Part shown: positions 50,598-60,826 of the stretch, piece after piece
Position numbering within the stretch: position 1 is the first letter of the stretch
Layout: each line of letters opens with the position of its first letter
IMG/VR virus record: IMGVR_UViG_3300022660_000081
Span: 2,500-66,499 of that record
Reading direction: 5' to 3' (one strand)
Length of the DNA: 64,000 nt
DNA from: a virus
Lineage: Duplodnaviria; Caudoviricetes
Notes under the pieces: generated by a model
Seen by the model: only the letters and a program-made list of their open reading frames with translations
What the model was told of the DNA's origin: nothing
Databases searched by the model: none
Position numbers and translations under genes: made by a program

Positions 50598-51493
50598 TAT
50601 GATAAATAAGTCTGTTCTCTTTATGAGTTCAGACTTTTAGTATTCTCGCCATTGAATAGATATATTTCGATTATTCGTGTTATAGCTGTTAGAAATAGTA
50701 AGTATATTATTAGAAGCAAAATTAAGCATTATAGGTTGCGAATTTGAATTAGATATACAACAATATGAGTTTGAAGATTGTCAACGTCAAAGCAGAAAAA
50801 AACAACTCGCATAATACGTAGTTCAATTATATCGTTGAACATATCACTTAATCAACTGTGTTGATTTGTTAAGTGATATTGTGTATGAAGTCGTTGTAGA
50901 AACCCATTGTCTAATCGAACCACTTATATATGGCGTATTATTAAAAAAATTTCCAATAGCATTCATATAATCAGGAAGAACATTATCTGTGAACATTGTT
51001 CAATCTTTTACTCCAAATATATTGATTTTTCATTGTTCTCCAATGCTTCGAATAGTTCAACCAACAGCATATCAGAATATATCTATTGTTGTCTTTCTTG
51101 CATAGCTCACGATTCAGCTTCGGCTTGCTGATGTCAGATAATGCGTTCTTGTAGTATTTGTGTACTGATTGTATGAATATAATCAAACACTTGTTCAAGC
51201 TGGAATTGTGAATGTTAAGTCTTTTGTGTATGTTTCTGATGTTGTTCATAAACTGCAAATAGTTCAGGATATACTTGTTCAATTAGAAAAATTTATTGAC
51301 TGATTTGTTCAGATATTAGCGTATCAAGTTATGGTTGCTGAAATCTGCATACTTACATCAAAAGAATTGCTGTTTGTATAGACAGTATTCTGCCAGCTCG
51401 TAAGAGTTTGATAAGGTACGCTTATAGTTCAAGCTCATCTACTTCAACTAATAGCTTCTTGAATAGTTGTTTTACATAATAAATATTGTGCAA
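49702..51493. mobile_element. Invertible DNA segment bounded by perfect 23-bp inverted repeats
   Basis: TTGCACAATATTTATTATGTAAA at 49702-49724 and its exact reverse complement at 51471-51493. Confidence 0.85.
50637..51491 (-). other. Silent alternative tail-fibre C-terminus (~284 aa, no start codon at its 5' end)
   Basis: Open from the inverted repeat in the same register (AQYLLCK) to TAA at 50637; shares the GYAV.G.I..IGE.GK motif with C-terminus 1. Confidence 0.85.
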
Positions 51494-51603
51494 CATTTCA
51501 GATTTGAATTATAGTTATAAAAGCAACATTTAAGGAATTATTTCTTTTATAAGACTATTATGCTTATAATACATATACTATATTTATTCATATATGAAAA
51601 ATA

Positions 51604-52086
51604 ATGAATGAAGCAGAATGAATCGCAATAGGAATATTCGGTTGAATATCTGTTGCTTGAATTCTTGATTATTTCTCAATTAGTTGAGAATGACTTATTA
51701 TTATGAGCATTATGCTTGTTCTTGATTTCTTATTCTGAATCTTATCTGCAAAAGTGAGATGAGAAAAGATAGAAAGTAGGAAATGCCAAGAATGACTTAT
51801 CAAGAAAATGACTCGCCGACTATTGCCATTCATCGTTGCTTGATGATTGAAATGGACTTGAATGCCTTGAATGGAAGCTTTGACAAAAGTAATAGTCTGA
51901 ATGATAATCTTTTCTGAACTTTACAGCGTAATATGACATATCTATTCAATAAACTATAAGGAAGAACTTCCAGAAGCAGACGCTTTCAAGATGTTATTGA
52001 ACAGCATAGTAAAGTTATTGAGAAATCTGATTAAGAAAGAGAATGAAAAAATAGATACAGAAGATGAAGATTTATCAGAAAAATAA
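51604..52086 (+). CDS. Holin (phage holin family 4-like), 160 aa
   Basis: Several TM helices; LVLDFLFGILSA...S...GLIKK...ELYSVIGHI...LP..F. Confidence 0.8.
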
Positions 52087-52092
52087 TATTCA

Positions 52093-52284
52093 ATGATAGA
52101 TTACAACATCATACAAACTGATTTGTGATTCATCATTAAACGAATTGATGATGAAAAGATTTTGTATCGAAATTGAAGATATCGAACTAAATACAGAAAA
52201 TTTGCAAAAACGTATTATTTCAAAGACCAAGCTTTATCTTGACTAATGATTGCAAGAAGATGTTGAGAAATCGACCCTTACTAA
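52093..52284 (+). CDS. 63-aa hypothetical protein
   Basis: Open with TGA=Gly. Confidence 0.5.
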
Positions 52285-52442
52285 TATTGCTGGCTTGAAT
52301 AATACGATTTTTATTTTTTGGTGCAGTATGTTAGACAATCTGATTGATAGCATAATCAAATATATACAAGAGAAGAAGTTGAGAATTAAGATTTTATCTT
52401 ATAAGAAGAAATCTAATGCACAAGTGAAACAAAGAGATTCCA

Positions 52443-52700
52443 ATGAGTAAACATCACTTGTTGCCAACTTCCAGATGATGAGCAAATATATCAAAGAACA
52501 TAGAGATTATTAGAGATGTGAATCATAGAGCGATTCATACATTATTCCAAAATCAGATGATAGCAGAACAGCTTATTACAACTGTAAATATCAGTTCAAA
52601 AGCTTTGCGTGAAGATGTAAAAGAACGGTTGCTTGAAGTTTTACAAAGTAAAGACATCAAAGACCCATACGAACGATATAAAGATGATTGTATATTATAG
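52443..52700 (+). CDS. Mini HNH-like endonuclease, 85 aa
   Basis: HHLLPTSRGG.N...NI...HRAIHTLF. Confidence 0.7.
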
Positions 52701-52724
52701 CTTTTATCTTCTAAAATATCGCCA

Positions 52725-53672
52725 ATGAAACTTGAAAAAGATGTGATTGATAAAATCAACTCTTACCCACAAGAGAAAACAGATAAAGAAATCTGATTAG
52801 AGCTGTGAATCGATAGACATACAGTCTGAAAATACAGAAGCAGAATCGCAGAAGCATTACAAATGAGCAAGGAAGATAAACAGAAACAAGAGCTTGTGAA
52901 GACATATTCACCAGAAGAACTGAAAGATATATTGAATCATCTTCAAACACATACATCAAAGAGCATAGAGAAAGTGATAAGCGATAAATGACATCTGAAG
53001 TTCGCTCTTGTAAGTGATACACATCTTGGAAATAAGCAATCAGCAAAGAAAGAACTTCAAGACTTCTATAAGAAAGCTTGAAGCGAATGAGTAGAAGCTT
53101 TCATACATTGTTGAGATTTAGTAGATTGAACTTGAAACGTATTCAAATGACAAGTTTATGAGCTTGAAAATGTATGATACGACGAGCAATTGAAAACAGC
53201 TGTGAATGATTACCCTTATTATTGAGATGTGAAGACTTATGTAATATGATGAAATCACGATGAAAGCTTTTTGAAAGAGAATTGAGCGAACATAATCAAG
53301 AACATTGCGAATCTTCGTGATGATATAATTGATATGTGATTCTATGACGCAAGAATCAAGCTTAATTGAGTTGATATAAATTCTCATCATTGAGCTTGAA
53401 ATATGAGCTATGCAAAAAGCTATAAGCCACAGAAACTAATAGAGAACATAGATACAAGAAATCAGCCAGATGTATTTGCGAGCTGACATCGACACGACGC
53501 TTTATATATGGCTTATAGGAATATTCATACATTCTTACCGTGAGCATTCTTGAAGCAGAATCTATTAGCAAAGAGATTGAATCTTTGAACTACTATCTGA
53601 TGACGAATTGTTGAAGTAAATATCAAAGATGATTGAAGTAGTGATATTCAAATGAAGTTTATTGAATATTAG
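52725..53672 (+). CDS. Metallophosphoesterase with N-terminal HTH, 315 aa
   Basis: SDTHLG, HCGDLVDG, GGNHDE, SHHG and GH(W)H motifs. Confidence 0.9.
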
Positions 53673-53694
53673 TTTATATCTTATCTAATCTATT

Positions 53695-54684
53695 ATGAAA
53701 AAAGACTTTGCACGAGATTATTGAGATGAATATGCGTTTTGAGAAGAAGTAGATTTTGATATTAAAGAAATCACGCATAATGTTCGACCACATTCAAATC
53801 AATGAGCAAATACTGAAACATCATCAGCTTGCACGATTATATGAGCATTGAATCAGATAATCAGATTATTCTGAATTGAGCTTACAAAGAAAGAATCAAA
53901 TAATCTATGAATAGAAGTAGTTCACTATTGTGAGCAATTCTGATATAGAATAGGAAGCTGACGAGATACGCCAACAGCAATCAATTCAGTATGTAAGTTT
54001 TGGAATGAGATATGAGCAGAAAGATTCAAGACTGAAAGAGTATTCTATACAAGAAGATATTGGAATACAGAAAAGCCACAAGAAGCATTGAAGAAATGAC
54101 ATCTTGTATGATTCACTATGGCTTTGAACTTTGGAGAAGATAGAAGAAAATGATTAGTCTATAAAGATTCTTACCCAGCTTGATGATGACATCGCTTGAA
54201 TCGACAAAGCACGAAAACAACAAGACCAACTTGATGAGCAAGTGAGCCAACAGCAGATTGTTGAGTTTATGACAATTATGATTGACTTACTAATCAATAT
54301 CTAATAAGAGATAGAAGTAAGTATATGAATAAAGGAATGTATGCTTGGTGATATATTATTCTTCCACAATCACGAATGAAAAAAAGTGTTGAAGAAGAAA
54401 AGAAAGCAATAGCAGAAAGAAAAGCAATAAACTATGTTCTTTGAGCTTTATCTTGTGCTTATGAATCAGTTTCACCAGAATATCAAGAAAAGTTTTCAGA
54501 ATTAGCAAAGCAGATAAGACAAGACTTTAAGAATGCAAGAGCAATGGAATCAGACAAAGAAAAGAAATGAGCGATAGCTATTACTGACGCATTGAGCTAC
54601 TTATACAAATTCGCAAATAGCGAGAATCAGAAAATTTATTCAGAATTAGCGATGAAGAATAGAAAAGATTATAATTTTGAATAA
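53695..54684 (+). CDS. Papain-like cysteine peptidase, probable endolysin, 329 aa
   Basis: NQG...SACTIIG (catalytic Cys), GGH, DNY; lies in the lysis cassette after the holin. Confidence 0.65.
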
Positions 54685-54764
54685 GAAAAGCCAGTTTGTT
54701 TCGTTAGTAAAAAAATTCTTGCAATCAGATATCTATTCAATATGAAATAGATTACTTCGTATGA

Positions 54765-54792
54765 AAAAAGCACCGTTCTGGTGCTTTTTGTT
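54765..54792. terminator. Bidirectional terminator
   Basis: AAAAAAGCACC-GTTCT-GGTGCTTTTT between convergent genes. Confidence 0.8.
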
Positions 54793-54793
54793 A

Positions 54794-55525
54794 TTATTCA
54801 GATGTAGTTTCTTCTGTTGGAGTTTCTTCAACTGGTGCTTCACGCATATAGACTATATGTTCTTGTCATTTGATGTTGTATTTGAAGTAATATCATTCAG
54901 AATCTCTTGGAACTTCATATACAAGCTGAACAAGTAAAGGAATTCAAGGTTTAGAAGTGAGCATTGCTGGTCGATTCTTTACGTAGAAACTGCAAGACAT
55001 TCAACAATCTATTTGAGAATAGCTTCTTCATTGAGAATCATAGATTTTAGGAAACATATTTGTTCGAAGCGTTGCTTCTGCACCTTGTTCATTCTGCACC
55101 TGGAATGAAACAATAAGATATTTAGACATACTTCAAGCAACAAGATTTCATTCGAACATATTATTGCTTTTTAGAGTTGTTTCTTCTTGTATTTCTCACG
55201 GATATATTCAGATTCAATTTTCTACACTTCATCGAATATCATCTCATCAAATGTAGTGAACGATTGGAGTCTTATCAGCAGAACTTCATCATCAGTTTAC
55301 ACGTTTTTCTGCTGAATTGTTTCAGATGTATCAAATAATTAGAAGAATTATGAAGATAGATACAGCCCAGCCAATACATCACATCTTTTTCTTTTTAGTT
55401 TGTTCTACATAAACGACCTTTTCTTCTTTTGCTGATTCCTTTTTACTTCAATCAAGGAATTCTCAACAATGCTTGCATTTTTTAGCACCGTCTTTGATTT
55501 CTTCATTACAGAATGGACATTGCAT
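54794..55525 (-). CDS. Zn-ribbon + TM + extracellular (DUF4352-like) protein, 243 aa
   Basis: MQCPFCNEEIKDGAKKCKHCGEFL; one TM helix; beta-rich ectodomain ending LVYEVP; divergent from the recombinase gene. Confidence 0.7.
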
Positions 55526-55653
55526 AGCGAACGACATTAAGATATAAAGTTGATTAATATATACAGTTATCAAATTGGAAGTAAACTATAAAATTAGAAT
55601 TATCTTTACATTTCAAAGAAAATATATATAGTATAGTATGTTGACATAAGCTT

Positions 55654-56652
55654 ATGAAATACACACAGCTTTTTATATGCTTATGTTTTTCAAATATGCA
55701 CGAATTCAGACAGACATTACAAGACCGATGTGATTATGAAAAGGAAGTAAAAAATCATAATTCACGAGAATATAGATTTTGTATGGTGAGATGTTTCTTT
55801 AAGCGATTAGTTGCAACTAATAGACCAATTATTATCGAAGAAATAGAGCTTTCAGATATTATAAATTACTTGATATATTATAAGACAACACCTATCAAAG
55901 CAAAATGACATAAAATTTGAAAATTCCCAACAAGGAATGCAGAATACAATTCAGTATGTTCAATCAGATGTTTCTTTAAGTATTGCTGTATTGTATGAAT
56001 GAGATTGAAATTCAATCGAGAACAGATTCCGATGTTCAAACAAGATGAAGCAAGACGTGAGCCAATGAGCAATGAAGACTTTGAATTATTACATCAAGCT
56101 ATAAAGAAATATGCAAAATCAGAAGAAATCAGAATCAGAAATGAATTGATGATAGAAATACCACGAGAAACTTGATTAAGAAGAAGCGAAATAGTCAGAT
56201 TAAGATTTGCAGACTTTCATAATCAGAATCGTCAATGCCGTGTTCTTGTAAAGTGAAACAGATATGAATCAGTTTTCTATTCAGAAAAGCTACAAAAGAA
56301 AGTTCTTGATTACGAGAAGCTACTTAATGAGAAATATAAAACACTTGATATTGAATATATATTCATATGTTTAGGACAAAAAGAGAAATGAAAGATAATG
56401 ACTAATGATTTGCTATGATGAAAATTCAGAAGAATAGTAAAAAGAATGCAGAAAGATTGAATGCTTCCAGAATGAAAAAATTTAAGTCTTCATCAAGAAA
56501 GACATTCATTTGCAATGAGATGTGTATATAGCTGACTATCACAACAAGCAACAACCCAACTAATGCGTCATAAAGACCCAAAGATTACGCTTCATTACTA
56601 TCATATGAACGATTCACGACTATTGAATCAATACGATTCGATTTGTGTGTAA
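55654..56652 (+). CDS. Tyrosine recombinase (XerC/D-integrase family), 332 aa
   Basis: TGLRRSE (R), VKGNR (K), HQERHSFA (HxxR), LMRH (H), TLHY (Y). Confidence 0.92.
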
Positions 56653-56949
56653 AATTCCAACTGTAAATAGATACCTAAAATCAAAAAAGTCAAAAGATAG
56701 TGTTTTTTATGTTATTGAATACCTTATGAAACACCAATTAGAAATTGCACTTTCAAAAAAGTGTATATTTTCCATAAAAAATCTTGCAAAAAATTTGACA
56801 AAAAAAAATAAATCATTATATTTAATACAGTTAAGTTTGAAAGTGTTGATGAGAAAGTCAGATTTTGCAAAAAATAACCGACATTTTTCAAGAAACACTT
56901 CGTATCAATAAAGTTCTACCAATTACGAGTAGCTTATGTCAACCACGAT

Positions 56950-57111
56950 ACGACGACAAACTTAACAGCCGTCGTTCAAGAATAAACAACATCAACTTTT
57001 AATTCCGACAAATCAAGGTGTTGTGAAACTGAACGACATCACAACGCCTTTGTTTGTCTGAATTGATTGTGTGTAAGATTCGAACAAACAAAGCAAATGT
57101 TCGAGTCTTTT
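56950..57111 (+). promoter_or_regulatory. Three-hairpin structured leader ending in a terminator, upstream of the replication genes
   Basis: ACGACG/CGTCGT; long imperfect stem 57001-57064; AAGATTCGAACA/TGTTCGAGTCTT followed by a T run. Confidence 0.45.
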
Positions 57112-57130
57112 TATTTATTCAGAAAAACAG

Positions 57131-57298
57131 ATGACAAGAAAAGGAATCATCACAATAGTTGTAAGTATGATTGTGTGCTTACTTACACCAGCTGGACTAT
57201 ATGTGTATGTAGTTCCATTTCTTGTCTGATGTATCTGATGAAAGAAAGTTCGAAAGTTTTATTTCCATTATTTCTTCAAGCAAGATGACAGAAATTAG
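57131..57298 (+). CDS. 55-aa membrane peptide
   Basis: Hydrophobic N-terminus; overlaps the initiator start. Confidence 0.45.
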
Positions 57299-58028
57299 AA
57301 AATCGATAACGCTGTTTGATGACCAATACAAATTCTTCAAAGCGTTCAATTCTTCAAATCTGTTGATTGCTTTCGTTGAATTTATGTTCGAAGACATTGA
57401 GCCAAAATGACTTAATGAACAAGAAAAAATTCTGTTTGATTCTTTGAGAATTAGAATGGACAATCAAAAGAAAAGAAGCGAAGCGTGAGCTATCTGATGA
57501 AAGAAATCACGTTGATGATGAAGACCAGAAAACAAGCAGAACAACAACGAAAAAACAACAAAAGAACAAGCAAAAAACAAGCAAAAAACAAACACAAAAC
57601 AAGCAGAAAACAAGCAAGTAGAAGAAGAAGATAAAGAATATAAGAATAAGAATAATAATACAAATATCATTCTAACGAATGATACAGAAACAAAAGTTTC
57701 TGAATATTGAGATTCAGAAATCAATAAGTGTTTGAATCTAATTAAGACATACAATTGATGATTATTAGATTGAACAGTAAAGAATTCACGCAGATATGCA
57801 AAACTGCTTATTGATAAACTGAATAAGCTTGAATCGATTCAAGAATGAAAATTCACACGAATTGAAACGTTAGAAATCATTCTGAAAGTGATATCGCAGA
57901 ACAAATACCATTCTTCGAAAATCACATCAGTTGAATCGATTTATAGGAATCTCGCCGTTCTAATGCAACAATGCAAGAACGACATACAGAAGCACACAGC
58001 AGAAAATACCGTTTTACCAACGTTATAG
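57285..58028 (+). CDS. Phage B replication initiator (DUF6291-like), 247 aa
   Basis: RKSITLFDD...LLIAFVEFMFED.EP...R..GGKKSRGGGRP; internal repeats. Confidence 0.7.
57527..57617. repeat. AAAACAAGC-type iteron repeats (candidate origin of phage B)
   Basis: At least five AACAAGC copies inside the initiator gene. Confidence 0.6.
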
Positions 58029-58031
58029 AAA

Positions 58032-58358
58032 ATGAATCAAATTAAAGTTTATGAGAAACTAACTTACATTGAATGCTATGATTGAAAAGTAGTTATTACA
58101 CCTACACCAAAAGAAACAGTCAAAGCATTACGAAAATCAGCAGATAGATTCATCGATTTATGAAATCAACTTATCGCAATCTGAAACATCAAGAATGTTG
58201 AAGAAAAAGTATTATCACCAGTCGAGCAGATAGTTTATTCAATAGAAGATAAGTTCATTAGAGATAGATTGAAAGCAGATATTGATAAAAGAATCGAAGC
58301 TTGAATGAGAATCAATGTAGAGATAGTTCAAAATCTTTTAGCAAAGTATGAGTGATAA
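58032..58358 (+). CDS. 108-aa hypothetical protein following the initiator
   Basis: Open with TGA=Gly. Confidence 0.65.
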
Positions 58359-58547
58359 AATGCCCATAGAATGAGTTAGTGAATACGAATGTCAGCCATT
58401 ATTCAAGATATTCCTACGTAGAATCTGATTTAAGAACTATGATGAATATCTCGAATTCTTTGGAGATGATATCGAGAAAAGAAAAGAAACCGTTAGACGG
58501 TTTAGAAAAACTTACCCACGTTTTAGATTAAATAATAAGAAAGACTA

Positions 58548-58946
58548 ATGAAAACTACAACAATCAAAGAAATCGTTTCAGTAGAAGAACGAGAATGACA
58601 ATACTGAAAGATGTATTGACATAAATTAAAGTTAGAGAATTGAGAAACTATCAAGCTCAATAAGAAGAAGCCAAATAGTTTCAAAGTATGAGAAACAATC
58701 TCTTACGAAGAAAATTGAGAATGAAAATGGAAGCAAATCACCGAAGATAATCAAAAGCCAAAGAAGAAGTTCAATGAATCAAACAATGTTTGAGCAATGG
58801 TTGGAATGAGTTATCGCTTGGCTTTCGAAATGGCTTACAAGTGAGAAGATGACTTTCAGAAAACAGTCGCATTAGCTCAAAGAATCTTTGATGAAGCGAT
58901 GTGAACTTACAACGCTTATCAAGAGAATAATCAAGAGAAGAACTAA
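58548..58946 (+). CDS. Putative OB-fold/ssDNA-binding protein, 132 aa
   Basis: IKEIVSVEE(W)EGQYGKMYGHKLKLENGETI...FKVGETISYE. Confidence 0.45.
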
Positions 58947-58972
58947 TTTTACATCTTAATTCTCAAAAACAA

Positions 58973-59953
58973 ATGATTCTAAAAGAAACAAAAGACAAAT
59001 TAGGAAATATGTTATATCAAAAAGACCAAAGCATTTATCTTTACTTAAAAGATAAGCAACAAACAAGAAAACTATGAGCAGTCAGCCCAAAATGAGAATT
59101 GTTCATCAGAAGATACAACAAGCATATATTCAGAAAATTAAATGCTTACTGATTCAATTACAACTTATTGAAACAATTAAGCCCAGATATGCCAGTCGTA
59201 GTGAAAGAAGAAGATTGAACAATTCTCGAAACGACTGTTCAAGAGATTCTTACTCAATGAAATGCAAAGCAATTCATTCAAGATTGATTTGAGCTACAAA
59301 TCTTCTTACCAAGACCTTTATTTCGTAAGTGAAAATAATGAGCATACAAGAGATATTAGACCAATACGAAAGCTTCAAAGTAAAGTGATTGAAGCTTAAC
59401 GAACAAGATATGTATGACTTCCTATCATTACAAGATATCATTCAAGATAAAGTAATCGAATTAAAGTCAGCATACTTGGAAGACAAGCTTGTATTTGATA
59501 GAGATTATTGATTGAAACTTGTCGAACTAAAAGAACAGAAAGACAAAGATTGAAAGAAATTATTCACAGATACAACAGCAAAAGCAATCTGTGATAAAGA
59601 ATTCTTTGAGAAAGAACTCGCATTGATACAAGCAAAAGCAACATATGAAATGTTGATAAACAAAGCAAGCACAATTATTGAATATATCAATGTAATCAAG
59701 CTTGCATTCAAAAAAGACTTTACTGTTTAAGAAAAACAAAATGACCGAGAATGAAAACAAAATAATCTATCAATGACAATCGATAGAAAAGAGCAAATTG
59801 TTTGCCATTAGTAATTCTTCTAATTGGAAGATTGCAAGAATTGAAATGATGATGATTCTTCAACGCAGATTGAAAATGACAATGCTTGAAGCACATAGAA
59901 TCACGAATCAATTAAGACCAGAACGAGAAGCTTTTTATTCCTTAATCGATTAG
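58973..59953 (+). other. Three hypothetical ORFs (58973..59338, 59338..59730, 59741..59953)
   Basis: Manual translation; coupled start/stop codons. Confidence 0.6.
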
Positions 59954-59954
59954 T

Positions 59955-60800
59955 ATGACACAAAAACTAAACAGCTACAAAACTTATAAAGATAATTGAG
60001 TATTAGTAGTTATCTGAATGATAATTGCTTATGTTCTAATGCTGATTCCACTATGCCGATGAAAAACAAATATTCAGAAAGTAGAATCAGAAACAGAAAC
60101 AGCTTGAACAATGGAGAATGAATTTCCATTTGCTATCACAAGCAATAATAAATTCTGTGAAGAAGAAATAGCACAAGAATTGAGAAATATCAAAAATTGA
60201 AGCCAAGATGAGATGTGATTTATGTATTTAATCTGAATAATTTGAAGATGTGATTATGAAATCGAACGAGTTGAACGAGCAAAAGAAAGCAGAAATGCTG
60301 ACCGATACCCTTGAAAGATTTCAGAAGATTGAACACATCAAGAAATGCCAGTAGTTCAAACAAACAATTGAAGCCACCAAGCTTTCAAAGAACTTGCAGA
60401 AGCTTATTGATTAGACGCTTCAACTGTTCGACAAGTCGAGAATCATTACTGAATCAAAGAATGAGTAGTATTATGTATTACAGTCGCAGAAACGAGCTGA
60501 TGAAATAGATGAGCTTGATGAAAGAATATATGAAGTGTAGGAAGTAATGATAGATGAGATAGACCAACTTATGCTTTAATGGAATCTTGACTTGAAGATA
60601 TCTGAAAGACATTGAACAATAGATATTTATGAAACAAGCAAACACTTTGATGTCTATCAAATGCTTGAAGTTGTATAGAGCCAAACGATAATTGAAAAAG
60701 ATATGCAACATCTGATTGAAGCCGAGAAAAGAATATGGTTGCTTGTCTTTCAACGATATATTGACCAATCAAAGCAAGCGAATTTAGTATTAGAAGATAA
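59955..60800 (+). CDS. Membrane-anchored lysozyme/glucosaminidase-like protein (phage B), 281 aa
   Basis: TM helix; LCITVAETSGG...NIGSVGSND...IGKTLNN; homolog of 26450..27139. Confidence 0.6.
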
Positions 60801-60826
60801 GCTTTTATATTCTAATCTAAACAAAA

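Noticed and set aside
48561-51493. Diversity-generating retroelement acting on the tail fibre
   Set aside because: No reverse transcriptase and no template/variable repeat pair differing at adenines; the two tips are diverged homologues linked by an inverted repeat.
51594-51690. Upstream ATG as the holin start or a dual-start motif
   Set aside because: ATG 51594 is in a different frame and ends after ~30 codons; the holin frame starts at 51604.
56653-56930. attP or prophage boundary next to the recombinase
   Set aside because: No duplicated core or tRNA fragment recognised; phage genes continue on both sides.
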